Virus record (IMG/VR): IMGVR_UViG_3300047311_000323 | Span: 1 to 64,000 of that record | Length of the DNA: 64,000 nt | DNA from: a virus | Strand: one strand, 5' to 3' | In this document: piece after piece, positions 1 to 10,887 of the stretch | How positions within the stretch are numbered: position 1 is the first letter of the stretch | Layout: every line of letters begins with the position of its first letter | Position numbers and translations under genes: made by a program | Notes under the pieces: generated by a model | Told to the model about the DNA's origin: nothing | Seen by the model: only the letters and a program-made list of their open reading frames with translations | Databases searched by the model: none

Positions 1-3000
1 AGTCTTTCGATCTGTTCCTATATTGCCATTAGCAAAATAGTCTTTATCGGTTAAGTCTCCAACAATCTTAACTGTCATTACCTGAAGAATTGGTTGAGAT
101 ACAGATACAATAGATGTTCCTGAAGCCATTGATTCTTCTTGGATGGCATGCTGTGTATCAGTTTCTAATCTACCACCTGCGAAGTAATCAATTTTAGGGT
201 CGCCCGCTGCCAGGGTTACATTTAGAACTCTGGATGCTGGAGCAGAAATTTTAACCGCGACATTGCTTGTGCTAGTTACCGTTTCAGTTACCGCACCAAA
301 AGCATCAAAGTAATATCTGGTATTTGGATCGTTGGAAGTATCGAATAGTGGGCTCATCCAGAATTCAAGAGTTCCTTGCTTTCTTGTATCCAATATTCCA
401 TCGTTAGACATAATGATTGGCTCATCCAAAATTACCATACTCTCGCTGAAGTTATCATTGACAGTAAAGTCTGATTGGAAATGCTTGTGGTCATTGTTAG
501 TGCTAGAATAGAATCTAGCATCATTAGTGAACGGGAAGCTATCAAAATCAATCAACACTAATGTATTGGCATCAATCTTTGGTGGCTTCAAAGAGTTGAA
601 ATCTTTAGTTACAGAGTGTTTGTTGAGAGCAACCACTTCACCAATTCTAGTATCAGTTAACATGATTGAATAGATTGTTAGCTGATCGATGACAGCATTA
701 GCTTGGCTACTTCCTTGGAAGTCACTTCCAATATATAGTTTGGTGTTAAGTGCATCAAACTTTATTCTGGCATAAGTTGAATACTCTAGTTCGTAGAATC
801 CTTGGTCAAGGAAATACTGTTGACTTGGTAGGACGCTGGCCTCTAGAGTAAAATATCCGTTTTGCAAACCGCTACGGTATTGTGTAGTGTTCAATACCTG
901 ATAGATTGCATTAGCAAAATATGGTAATGGAACCGGGAACGACGCTGCGGTTGATTGTATAGTTAGTGAGTGCCTATCTGCTGATAAGCCGGTAATCAAA
1001 TAGAATCCCGCTACACTGGCTGGAGTATGGATAACTAGATAGTTATTGATATCCAATCCGCTGAATGTATTGTTTGGATCGGTAACTACATTATCAACAC
1101 CATTACCAGTCAAGGTATATCCGCCATTGATATGATAGCTGTATCTAATAACGGGGACAAAACCACTGGACTCGCTATGAGTGATTGGGTATTTCTCTTT
1201 CAATTCCAAAGCCAAAGCATTCTTGCTTGTATTGAGTGGCTTAACGTTTACCCAAACATAATTAGTGGAAATGAAAGTGTTGGTAAAATCTAGTGTACCG
1301 TAGTTAGTAAATGTAATTGTCTCATTGACAGTATTGCCTAACTCATTTACACCATTGATAGTTACTTGTACTGGTACGGAGAAATCAACATTGGTGCCAC
1401 TGATAGTAACTTGAATGGTTCTACCGATTTGAGCATTTGATGGCTTGGCGGTTGGCAAATAATTGGATACGAAAACGCCTGCCATTAGTGTAGAATTGGC
1501 CGGGCCAATAGCTACTGTTGGCGTAATGATTCTTGTTATGTTGGCTTCATCCAAATTGATTGGTGGCGGCAACTGGGTCTGTAAGACGTTCTCTACTTGA
1601 GAACTCCATACATAGTATTGCTTTTTAATGTCCTTGAAATTGAGACCTAGAGTTCTAATCAAAATCAAATCGTTTAGGAAAACATCATTTGAGATAGTTA
1701 AGATGTTATTGAAATTTGCATCCTGAGTAATATCATAAGCTGGATTAAGTGCTCTTACACCTGGGATTTCATTTTCAACATTTGAATAAACTTGGAATCC
1801 TGCACCAGATAATGTAAGTGGTGCTGGGTCGGTGATAGTAAGAGCATTTCCATTTACCTGAATTACACTGTATGTTAGGGCAAAGGATGAGTTATCTATT
1901 CTTAGCAAGAAGCCGGGCTTGACGCCTAATACGCCAAAGTCTGTTCCTGCAGATGTTACAACAGCAGAGCCGGCAACCGTATTTAGATCTGTGCCAGAAG
2001 TAAATGCATGAATGGTTGTAACTGCAATATTTGGAGCGATGTTAATCTCTGATGATACAGAGTAATCTGTCTGGTTGATAGAAAACTTACCACCAGTCAT
2101 GGTGATCTGCATTACATCACTTAGAACTAATGACTGACCATTGATTTGTGCAATGGTGTATCCAACTGGAGAGAACCCAGTTTCATTGATATGAATGGTA
2201 TCTCCAATAGAGATATTGAAATCACTAAAGTTGAGGCTAGAAGTAACTATTGTAGATCCGTCTGTTGTAACTAAATCATTAGAACCAACGATATCACGTG
2301 TAGCTAATCCAACTATTTCTTCTGGATTGACAGTTCTGAATTTCTCATGAAGATATGGCTGTAGCTTTTGTCCATACTTGATAATATTTGGAACTTCCAA
2401 ACCATCAATGAACAAATGCATTTCGTCACGGTTGTTTCTAGTATTCAGCTTCCAAGATGCTGCAACCATATGAGGAACGTTATTTCTCCAAGATGAAACG
2501 TCAGCACTGACAGAATACATCTTGTGATCTCTATCATAAACTCGGAAGTTCATGTATCCACTAACGTCTTTGAAAATAGAAAGTCTGTTTGAGTCTTTGG
2601 TCAATCCAAAATCTAAAATGAAGTGATCGACATCTGAGACAAAAGTAATGCCTTCATCAATTCCATAACCATCAAATGTTGGCCTGATGGTAAGACTGAC
2701 TTTGCTGGTACCAGTAAAGGTACTCATATTGGCCGGCTTGATTGGGCTAATAGGCTTTACGTCATAGAATTTACCAGTTGAAGAAATCTGGAACTGATAC
2801 GTATGATTATCAGGAGCTACATAACCATCAATGATCTCAACATACCAACGGAAGAAACTACCAGATACATCTTTATCATAGTAGATAAAGATACCATCTT
2901 TGTTCTTGTTTGGATGACCTGTAATGTTAGAACTCTTGCTTAGTGTAAAGCTATTTGCATCACTGAAGACTGGGTGATATTCTGAACCACCAACAAATAC

Positions 3001-6000
3001 TCTGTATGGGTCAATAGCATAACCATCTCTAGTAATAGTGAATGTTAAAGAGGCGTCGTTATCTATTCCATTCCACTGTGGTACAACCCAGCTTTCAAAT
3101 GTTCCCTCTTCTAGTCTTAGATTCGAATTGACAGGCAATGTAATAGTTTGATCTGGTTGGTCAACTAGAACGCCATTACCATAGTGAGCTGGTAGAAGCT
3201 GGAAGCTTCCAGTAGTATCTACACCAATAGGGAACAGTACGCTACTTCCTAGTGACCATATTTCAAATGCTGATTCGATAATTTCTGGTTCTACGTGAGT
3301 GATTATCTGACCAATGTTTTTAATAGCAGCAACCGTTGGACCTTGGATAAAAGAAGATAGGGCTGCTTGTAGAGCCTCACGGTATCTTTCTCTTTCTAGA
3401 CTCAAATCGAAAGTTGCTAGATCTGGAACATTAACTAACGTTCCAAAATTCTTTAGAAGCGCATCACGGAGAGCACCGACCTTGTAAGAAACATAGTAGT
3501 TGGTTCCAGTAGGTAGTGTTAAGTTTTTACGGAAGTCGATGACGTTATCACCATACTCATAGCTGACTAAGATTTCATCTGCTACATATGTATAGTCAAC
3601 AAAGAAGTCTCCCTTATTGTAATCAACAATGACTCTTTGTAGAGGAACAATGGTGAACGAGTATGTTACGTCACATAGATCACCAACTTGCGGAGCGCCA
3701 ATACCTGGTAGGACTAATTTTAATGGATTGCCTGGGACAATAGTACCAGAACCATTCCACAAAGATTGTGAGTCAGAAATTCTAGTTACACTGAATGTGT
3801 AAATGATTCCCGGTGAGAGATACGGGATATTCTCATTAAGAGTAATGAAATAGTTTGAACCGTCAAACTGAACGCTTTCAAATGACTGCTTGTTAATAGA
3901 TCCGACAGTGATGTTGAAGTTGCTACTAGTACTTACAACTCCAAAATTGATTGGGTTGCTACTGTTGGTTAGGTCATTAAACTCATAAACGCTTCTAACA
4001 AATTTGACAGCATTAGTTACTCCGGCAACGAATGTTGATTGAACAAAAGCACCAACTTGGTTCTGGAAAATTTGGTAAGGTGAAGACTCTACACCATTTA
4101 AGAATGCTTCGTCTGAGATATCTAGACCATCTGGAACAATTTCACCTTCACCGAATGAAGTATAAGAGAATTGCTTGTTCTTAGGGTTCAGAACACTGAT
4201 GCGATAGTAGATATCATCCACGCTAACAACATGTGGGAAATCTGGGACTATGCTGTTTTTCTTGTAGGTAACTGTACCAATATTGTCATCTTGTGTTGCA
4301 GAGACTGCGACATATACAACGCCATGCTGGTAGTCAACAATATACTCTCCAACCGAACTTAATCTATCTACATTGGTTGACGTATTGAATTCCTGATTAA
4401 ACCATATCTCTCTGACAAATATGTTGCCATTAGAGAATACTAAACTAGTGTTAAAGGAAGTTCCTAGACCATCTTGTGAAGAATTGACGACGGTATTATT
4501 TGCAAGAAAAATTGCGAACAATCTCAAATTGCTAGAATTGGCAGTGGTAGTATTGATGCCCAGAAGCTCATTAGTAACTGTGAAAAATGTGGAATTTTCA
4601 CCAGTCTCCTGAAGAACTCTTGGAGGGCTATTAAACCTAAAGTAAACTTGGTTATTGTTCCATCTATCTAATAGGTAGATTTCACCGGATGTCTCATTAA
4701 AAATCTGGAAGACATTAGTGATTGGCGAATTAAGAGTGGTTAATGAATTGAGAGCATTAAGTCTATTTCCAACTCTTTCATTAATAGATTCGATATGCGA
4801 ATCAGCAACATAATCTACGCCTGGGATTAGAACTTGTTCATAGTTGAATGAAATAATGCCTGGTTGGGTTACTAAGTTACCTAGTGGTAGAGCAACCAAC
4901 TCTAATAGGTCACTATCGTAAACATAGTCTATTTCTGGAGTGAATGTAAACTTGTAGTAGTATGTAGCTAATGGTGGTGAAGGGCCAGTACCATCATTAA
5001 GAGAGTCTGCGCCATATACATAGACTGTTCCAGTTGAGTAGTCTATCGAGTATACGCCTGGGAAAGAAGGTGGGGCGCTAAGACTAAATGGAATCTCAGT
5101 AATAAATGCCGGGTGAGGCATTCCAGTTCCAGAATTTGGATCGATAAAAACGACGCCACTAACCAATGGGGTATTGTTGCTAGCATCTGTGATTGGTGCG
5201 TGCTTCAATGCAAATATGTTGATGATAGGTGGGAGCACCTCTCTAACAGATTGTAGAGTCGCGAATGTATTTACAGTAGATGGATCAACTTGAATACCTA
5301 AACCTTTGTATTCGTATTCAACAACGATATGGAAGATTTGGTCTAGCGAAAATTTAGGATCACTTAGAATTACTTCATTGATTTTAACTTGGTTATTCTC
5401 AAGTAGCAAATAGCTAGAAGCAAAATCTTGGTCGAAAGTTGAATTGAGTAGCTGGTATCCTAGTCTGGATATTTCGTATTCAAAAACCGGGTCTGGAGTC
5501 AATAGTGTAAAAGTAATACTATTTACTCTGGTAACCGGATTATTACTTAGGTTGAAAGTTAGGGTATTGATATTGAATGTACCCAGACTATCATTCGAAG
5601 ATGGCTTAATGATCTCTGTAACCAATTGTCTTTGCAGAGTTACTGGATAAGAGGGGAAACTATCAAATACGAACGTAGTTGCAACTGGGGCTGCCGTTGG
5701 ACCAAAACCAACTCTAAATACATCATAGACCGCTTCTTCATATAGTCTTTCAAATGGAGTTTCGCTTTTGGTATGGATTTCATCAGCTACAGTAAAGGAT
5801 AGGTAATTCTCATTGCCGAGCTGTCTAATATCATAGAGTACTCTAGAAAAATTGACAGCAATAGACTGTATGTATTTGTTTACAACTGTGGTGGTATCGG
5901 TGGCGTTGTAAATATTGTTGCGGTAAAATGACTGCAGGTAGTCGTTAACTGGATTGTCTGGTGGAAGTGGTCCAGTAATGAGTAGCCTATTAGAGACCCC

Positions 6001-6288
6001 GTCCTCAGAAATTTTAGCATCCCCATTGAGAGACTCAAATGGGTGAAGTGTGGTAGACTGAAATTGTAGATAGTAGGCCGCGTATGGCGTTAGTGGCTGA
6101 CATGTAATAGACAGCACATTGCCGGTAATCGATACTTGCAGAACTTCTGAGTCGGGAACGTTATTGGTCTGTGAGAGGATAGAGACGTTTGCAGGCACTA
6201 GATCGCCAGTCAATGCTTCTGTAAAAGAAACATCGATACTGGTGCTGTTGTTTATAGCGTTATTAACTATCCTAAGAGTTGCTATCAT
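1..6288 (-). CDS. Giant baseplate wedge/tail-associated protein (P2 gpI/T4 gp7-like segment plus LamG-like domains); 3'-truncated by the window edge, >2,096 aa; absent from the ORF track
   Basis: ATG at 6288-6286 overlaps the TGA of baseplate J (ATGA). Translated by hand at several points, all in the same open frame: MIATLRIVNNAINNSTSIDVSF... at the start; ERYREALQAALSSFIQGPTVAAIKNIG at ~3300-3400; GTFESW, HMVAASWKL...MHLFIDG and GTLEFWMSP (LamG-like) further on; still open at base 1. The ORF track lists nothing in this frame, consistent with no in-frame stop before the edge. Confidence 0.85.
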   Translation of the reverse strand, partial: MIATLRIVNNAINNSTSIDVSFTEALTGDLVPANVSILSQTNNVPDSEVLQVSITGNVLSITCQPLTPYAAYYLQFQSTTLHPFESLNGDAKISEDGVSNRLLITGPLPPDNPVNDYLQSFYRNNIYNATDTTTVVNKYIQSIAVNFSRVLYDIRQLGNENYLSFTVADEIHTKSETPFERLYEEAVYDVFRVGFGPTAAPVATTFVFDSFPSYPVTLQRQLVTEIIKPSSNDSLGTFNINTLTFNLSNNPVTRVNSITFTLLTPDPVFEYEISRLGYQLLNSTFDQDFASSYLLLENNQVKINEVILSDPKFSLDQIFHIVVEYEYKGLGIQVDPSTVNTFATLQSVREVLPPIINIFALKHAPITDASNNTPLVSGVVFIDPNSGTGMPHPAFITEIPFSLSAPPSFPGVYSIDYSTGTVYVYGADSLNDGTGPSPPLATYYYKFTFTPEIDYVYDSDLLELVALPLGNLVTQPGIISFNYEQVLIPGVDYVADSHIESINERVGNRLNALNSLTTLNSPITNVFQIFNETSGEIYLLDRWNNNQVYFRFNSPPRVLQETGENSTFFTVTNELLGINTTTANSSNLRLFAIFLANNTVVNSSQDGLGTSFNTSLVFSNGNIFVREIWFNQEFNTSTNVDRLSSVGEYIVDYQHGVVYVAVSATQDDNIGTVTYKKNSIVPDFPHVVSVDDIYYRISVLNPKNKQFSYTSFGEGEIVPDGLDISDEAFLNGVESSPYQIFQNQVGAFVQSTFVAGVTNAVKFVRSVYEFNDLTNSSNPINFGVVSTSSNFNITVGSINKQSFESVQFDGSNYFITLNENIPYLSPGIIYTFSVTRISDSQSLWNGSGTIVPGNPLKLVLPGIGAPQVGDLCDVTYSFTIVPLQRVIVDYNKGDFFVDYTYVADEILVSYEYGDNVIDFRKNLTLPTGTNYYVSYKVGALRDALLKNFGTLVNVPDLATFDLSLERERYREALQAALSSFIQGPTVAAIKNIGQIITHVEPEIIESAFEIWSLGSSVLFPIGVDTTGSFQLLPAHYGNGVLVDQPDQTITLPVNSNLRLEEGTFESWVVPQWNGIDNDASLTFTITRDGYAIDPYRVFVGGSEYHPVFSDANSFTLSKSSNITGHPNKNKDGIFIYYDKDVSGSFFRWYVEIIDGYVAPDNHTYQFQISSTGKFYDVKPISPIKPANMSTFTGTSKVSLTIRPTFDGYGIDEGITFVSDVDHFILDFGLTKDSNRLSIFKDVSGYMNFRVYDRDHKMYSVSADVSSWRNNVPHMVAASWKLNTRNNRDEMHLFIDGLEVPNIIKYGQKLQPYLHEKFRTVNPEEIVGLATRDIVGSNDLVTTDGSTIVTSSLNFSDFNISIGDTIHINETGFSPVGYTIAQINGQSLVLSDVMQITMTGGKFSINQTDYSVSSEINIAPNIAVTTIHAFTSGTDLNTVAGSAVVTSAGTDFGVLGVKPGFLLRIDNSSFALTYSVIQVNGNALTITDPAPLTLSGAGFQVYSNVENEIPGVRALNPAYDITQDANFNNILTISNDVFLNDLILIRTLGLNFKDIKKQYYVWSSQVENVLQTQLPPPINLDEANITRIITPTVAIGPANSTLMAGVFVSNYLPTAKPSNAQIGRTIQVTISGTNVDFSVPVQVTINGVNELGNTVNETITFTNYGTLDFTNTFISTNYVWVNVKPLNTSKNALALELKEKYPITHSESSGFVPVIRYSYHINGGYTLTGNGVDNVVTDPNNTFSGLDINNYLVIHTPASVAGFYLITGLSADRHSLTIQSTAASFPVPLPYFANAIYQVLNTTQYRSGLQNGYFTLEASVLPSQQYFLDQGFYELEYSTYARIKFDALNTKLYIGSDFQGSSQANAVIDQLTIYSIMLTDTRIGEVVALNKHSVTKDFNSLKPPKIDANTLVLIDFDSFPFTNDARFYSSTNNDHKHFQSDFTVNDNFSESMVILDEPIIMSNDGILDTRKQGTLEFWMSPLFDTSNDPNTRYYFDAFGAVTETVTSTSNVAVKISAPASRVLNVTLAAGDPKIDYFAGGRLETDTQHAIQEESMASGTSIVSVSQPILQVMTVKIVGDLTDKDYFANGNIGTDRKT

Positions 6289-9200
6289 CTGGTTTCAGTG
6301 TTTATATTGATGCTGTTAGGCTGGAAATATTGATCTTCATTGGCGACTATGCTTAGTACTTGACCAGGAAGTCCAGTTACGTTGAAGAAAAGTATTCTAG
6401 CCCTATCTATACCCTGGACGCCCTGAGCTATATTGATTAATGTAATCTGGTCTATTGTTTGACCTAGCTGCGTGGTAGTCAAAGCTGCTACTAGTTGGTT
6501 ACGTAGATTCTGGAGAACCGTAGCAGAGGTGGTTAAGAAGTTCTGATTGACAACTACGTTCATAGTTAGGTCAATTAGAATCAACTTAGCAGATCTGGCT
6601 AGAACGTCCGCATTGATTGGACGGCTATTTTCTATTGTAAAGGTGGTATCTGATATCAACTTATTGTAGTTGTACTGTATCAGGATTCTTTCATTCTGCT
6701 TAGGGGCAAGATAGTTATAGAAGGATGTATATCTGGCACCAATACTTGGTCTGGTAAATGAAGTTGCACTAAACTTAGTAGCTTGAGAAGCCTGGAAACC
6801 GCTGTTTACATAGATTTGGTTAATCAAAGCGAATTTCTTATTTGTATATAACGAGCCAATTCTAGTATATGATAGATTTTCAGAGTCATTATCAACTGTG
6901 TAATAGAAAGTTACCCTAATCAAATCTCCTACAGTTGGTAGGTTATTGGTTGAGCCAGTTAATGTATTATTGGTTGTTGCTGGGAGAACAAAGTCCAGGT
7001 TCGGCAATAGCGGGTTGTAACGCATAGTGTCTGAGAAATACAGGTTAATAGCGATAGTAGTACCAACTACATCAAAAGTGGCCAATACGCTTGTAACAAT
7101 GTCACTTCCGGTGGAGAAGGTTTCTACCTTTTCGGCCTTGACAATCTTAGCAATTTTTATATTGGTCGGAATGCTGGCGGTGGAGCTGAGGCCCAAAGCT
7201 TTGCGCAAAGCTTCTTGTAAATTCTGCTGGAGGCCCGTGCTGGTCGCTGTGAAGATGACATCGCTAGCAAGGGTCATTGAGGTGCCGATAACGGACACTA
7301 CACCTACGTTGACAATCTGATCTACGATAGTTCCTACAATGCGAGTTGGAGCCTTTCGAAGATTTCCAAAGTTGAAGAACATAACATAAACCAAATCACC
7401 AACTGCCGCATTAACGGTTTTAGGAATGATTAGCCTGTTGTTAGCTTGGTCTATAGTACCAGTATAATTCCAAAGCTCTTGACCGTCTAGTACTCTAACT
7501 ACTGAAATCTGGTTAGCTGTAAGATGGTCTAGCGTATTGGTGATAGTGATGTTGTTAGTATTGACATTGTAGCCAATAATATCAAAGTAACCGTCATTAT
7601 TTGGGGCAATGGCGCCTGTAATTTTAATGCGCTTATTGGTTAGATCTGGCAGACTAGAAAAGTTAACTGACAAGCTGTTCAAATTGGCTTGGGTAGCGCT
7701 GATTGGTGTTATGTATCCGTCCAATACATTGAACAGTACAGTATCACTATTGTGCTCTACTACCTCAAAATTTAAACCGCTAGCCTGAGCTGTAAACTCA
7801 ATCAATGGGATAGTGAAGTTCTTGCTAATAGGATCTATTTCTAAATTATCAATACGTGTTCTAATGATTTGATTGCTGAAACTAAATGGCTGAAAGCGTC
7901 TGATATCATCGGCATAGTAAATAACCAATACACGATCGGCGGCAACAGGAACATTGAATCCAGTTAAAATAAGCTGGTAATTACCATCCACGCCCGTAAT
8001 AACTTGGCCTTCATGATCGGCATTCCATAGCTCTTTACCATCTGACAGTCTAACAACAGAAAGAACTTTATCGGCAAATAAGCTGTAATCAGATGCTGAC
8101 AAATCTAGTTCAACGAAAAATTGGTTGCTCAGATTAACTTGAACAATTTGATTTTCTCGTCTTGATACATTCACAACGCTGAAGTTGTTGAATCCACTAT
8201 TGTCAGATAGCGTATATCCATTTCCAGTACGGCTAGTTGGAAGAGAAATGATTGCTGAAGAGAACAAATCATTGACGTTGGCAATATACGTAACTCTTAG
8301 ACTTACTCTATCAGAAGACGATCCAACTAAGATAGATGGAATAGTAACTTGTGTTCCGTTGCTGCTGCCCTGTAAAGTTCCTGATTGGAAAATATTGGCA
8401 CTATTCATATAGACAGATACTCTGTCACCGATCTGAGCCGGGGTATCTGTTGGGAGTATGATGGTAGTTGTAAATACGATGTTGATACCAATAACTCCAG
8501 CTAAATTTGAGAAGGATCCATCGCCCTGTGCAGTCTTGTAAACTTCAGTGCCGTTATTCTTCCAGACGATAGAGTCCACCGATTCGGTAGCAATCTCCAA
8601 ATTGTTAACTACAACAGAAAGTCTGTTAACAAATGCTCCAGATTGAATTAGTTGGACGTAGCCATCTACTTGTAAATAGCTGTCTGTTGATACAATGGTA
8701 TCTACTGGGTGGGTTGTGGTTCCAATATAGAAGTTGTTGCCTGAGCTTAGGGCGAAATCGACCAACTCGGTTTTAATAGCGGATGGATATCCCCAGTCAA
8801 TGCTGTCGGTAACCGTTCTTGGATTTTGGGTGTTTAGCAATCCGTCAAAATCGGAGTACCTATCATAGTCTACTATCCAAGTATAGTCTACCTGTAAAAT
8901 ATCACTAGGTGAAGGTAGGGTGTTACCGGAAACCTTGATTCTTCCAGTATTATTGAATGGAGATGTGGCATCCAAATTTTGATTGGTAATTAGATATCTT
9001 TCACCGGTATTAGTATTGAAAACTCTAGTAACGTTGGTTGCTGGAGTGTGTAGCAATTGAATAATAGTACGGTCACTGGTAACCATACTGTTTTCATTTG
9101 TAACACCCAATTGCTGTTGAACGTCAGTTACTTGTTGTACTTCAGTGAACGTGGTTGGATCCTGGCCGTTGGCCTGGCCCTTGATTAAGTCTTCTTGGAA

Positions 9201-10379
9201 TGAAATCTGATTGTTCTTCCAAACAAACGTATCGAAACCAAATGGGCTACCACCATATACGCTAGTGTCTTTAACTAATAAGTAGTTACCAGAACCTCGA
9301 CCATATTGATCGATAGTGAATGGAATGAAGTTTGAACCGCTGATAGAGCCGGTCACTTGGGTTAGCGAGCTAACTGGTTGGGCTGGCAACTGACCGTTCT
9401 TGATATCCTTTACTCTCTTTTGAGAGATACTGAGGTTAGCATCAGCTACAATCTGTCCCAATACGAAATTGTTTTTGGAGCTGGTAGGATCGTTATTGTT
9501 ACTTTTATCCTGATAGATGAAGGTGTCAGTATTAGAAACATCATTAGTTCCCAGTACCACTACGTCTACCTTGCCTCCAGAACCCTCTGAGACAACCGTT
9601 AGAACGCCATTGATGGTTTCTGTTACCGTGCCATCACGAGTCATTAGCGGGTCGCCTGGCTCAATTACAACGGCATCCTGTACGCCAGTCACACTTAGGG
9701 CTGCGTTTAGGTACCCTAGCTGGGTTCCTACGCTGGAACCACTGAAGGTAGATAGAATACGGTTTCTAAAGGCCGCGTCCGTTTCTTGGTCAGTACCACC
9801 TGCAAAGCTAGCAACGTTAGTTACGTTACTGATGCCAGGAATACTGATTTTAGACAGGGTGTATTGGCCAATGTTACCAGATGAGCCTGGAGAAGATGCA
9901 ATTACTGTAACCTCAACCGCATATTGGTCTGTAATACCGGCAAAGGCTAACTGGGCCGAAAATTTGGTAGCCGTGGAGCGATAGAAATTGATATTGGATG
10001 GTACAATGGAGATACCAGTGGTAACACTAAATCCTAGACCGCCTGAAGTAAAGATTGAGGCGCCTTTGTTAACGTTGATAGTAGCATTCAAAGAAGAGAA
10101 TGTTAGAAGGGCCACTCCAGTAGATGGGGTGGACTGCTTTCTAATTAGTCCGAAGTTCTTTCCCAGTTTATCTAAGTCGGTACCAATAGACAATCTTAGT
10201 GATTGCTTATTGGAGACTCCCTGTAGCTCATCATAAAGAAGAGATAATTGGGATGATGGCCCCTCAATAAACAAATCTCTAGCCACTGTACCTGGTTTGG
10301 TATCCAAGTCTGGTTGAGCCGTTCTGAAAAAGTCTATCAGGTTGGCAATGATTTCATTGACTGACCTTATTGTGACCAT
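6285..10379 (-). CDS. Baseplate J-like wedge protein (T4 gp6/P2 gpJ family), enlarged
   Basis: N-terminal DTKPGTVARDLFIE, LDKLGKNFGLIRKQ and GGTDQETDAAFRNRIL...GT are baseplate J motifs; follows a gp25-like gene. Confidence 0.85.
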   Translation of the reverse strand: MVTIRSVNEIIANLIDFFRTAQPDLDTKPGTVARDLFIEGPSSQLSLLYDELQGVSNKQSLRLSIGTDLDKLGKNFGLIRKQSTPSTGVALLTFSSLNATINVNKGASIFTSGGLGFSVTTGISIVPSNINFYRSTATKFSAQLAFAGITDQYAVEVTVIASSPGSSGNIGQYTLSKISIPGISNVTNVASFAGGTDQETDAAFRNRILSTFSGSSVGTQLGYLNAALSVTGVQDAVVIEPGDPLMTRDGTVTETINGVLTVVSEGSGGKVDVVVLGTNDVSNTDTFIYQDKSNNNDPTSSKNNFVLGQIVADANLSISQKRVKDIKNGQLPAQPVSSLTQVTGSISGSNFIPFTIDQYGRGSGNYLLVKDTSVYGGSPFGFDTFVWKNNQISFQEDLIKGQANGQDPTTFTEVQQVTDVQQQLGVTNENSMVTSDRTIIQLLHTPATNVTRVFNTNTGERYLITNQNLDATSPFNNTGRIKVSGNTLPSPSDILQVDYTWIVDYDRYSDFDGLLNTQNPRTVTDSIDWGYPSAIKTELVDFALSSGNNFYIGTTTHPVDTIVSTDSYLQVDGYVQLIQSGAFVNRLSVVVNNLEIATESVDSIVWKNNGTEVYKTAQGDGSFSNLAGVIGINIVFTTTIILPTDTPAQIGDRVSVYMNSANIFQSGTLQGSSNGTQVTIPSILVGSSSDRVSLRVTYIANVNDLFSSAIISLPTSRTGNGYTLSDNSGFNNFSVVNVSRRENQIVQVNLSNQFFVELDLSASDYSLFADKVLSVVRLSDGKELWNADHEGQVITGVDGNYQLILTGFNVPVAADRVLVIYYADDIRRFQPFSFSNQIIRTRIDNLEIDPISKNFTIPLIEFTAQASGLNFEVVEHNSDTVLFNVLDGYITPISATQANLNSLSVNFSSLPDLTNKRIKITGAIAPNNDGYFDIIGYNVNTNNITITNTLDHLTANQISVVRVLDGQELWNYTGTIDQANNRLIIPKTVNAAVGDLVYVMFFNFGNLRKAPTRIVGTIVDQIVNVGVVSVIGTSMTLASDVIFTATSTGLQQNLQEALRKALGLSSTASIPTNIKIAKIVKAEKVETFSTGSDIVTSVLATFDVVGTTIAINLYFSDTMRYNPLLPNLDFVLPATTNNTLTGSTNNLPTVGDLIRVTFYYTVDNDSENLSYTRIGSLYTNKKFALINQIYVNSGFQASQATKFSATSFTRPSIGARYTSFYNYLAPKQNERILIQYNYNKLISDTTFTIENSRPINADVLARSAKLILIDLTMNVVVNQNFLTTSATVLQNLRNQLVAALTTTQLGQTIDQITLINIAQGVQGIDRARILFFNVTGLPGQVLSIVANEDQYFQPNSININTETR

Positions 10380-10388
10380 GAGCTATCC

Positions 10389-10820
10389 TTAGATGGTTGA
10401 AATGCTAAAAGCAGTAGTGATTGGTTTGAACCCTTTAGTCACACAACTTATTTTAACGTTGAAGAGTCTTGGATCAAATGCACTTCTCAATACAGATATA
10501 CCTGTTATTGCTGCAAGTTGTTCATCTGCGGTCATTTTTTGTTGAGATTTAACTTGTAGAGTTTGTAAATACTGTAAGTTGGTCAAGCAACTGTTTAATT
10601 GTGATTTGGCTATTTGTACTACTACGCTAGTCTGTTGAGGGTTTCCGATTACTGATCTCGACAAAAAAGAACCATATGACGGATGGATAGGGTTACCACC
10701 TACATCCGTCAGGCAAATCTTGAGAATGTCTTGGATAAGCTTTTCGCTATCCTCTACTTTTTGAAGGTCACCTTGGTTGACTACCAAGTCACCGTTAACG
10801 ATTTTTAGGTCAAAAGACAT
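10389..10820 (-). CDS. Baseplate wedge/sheath initiator, gp25-like
   Basis: DLKIVNGDLV...KLIQDILKICLTDVGGNPIHPSYGSFL fits the gp25/GPW family; start moved to the ATG at 10820 (SD GGTGGAG upstream). Confidence 0.8.
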   Translation of the reverse strand: MSFDLKIVNGDLVVNQGDLQKVEDSEKLIQDILKICLTDVGGNPIHPSYGSFLSRSVIGNPQQTSVVVQIAKSQLNSCLTNLQYLQTLQVKSQQKMTADEQLAAITGISVLRSAFDPRLFNVKISCVTKGFKPITTAFSISTI

Positions 10821-10836
10821 GCCGGCTCCACCTTGT

Positions 10837-10850
10837 AATGCAAAATTATT
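10837..10850 (-). promoter_or_regulatory. Candidate late-promoter motif AATAA-N4-GCATT
   Basis: AATAATTTTGCATT 17 nt upstream of the gp25-like ATG; motif recurs before other genes. Confidence 0.4.
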
Positions 10851-10887
10851 AGGCAATCCAATGGATTAAAGGTTGGCTCGGGGCCCT

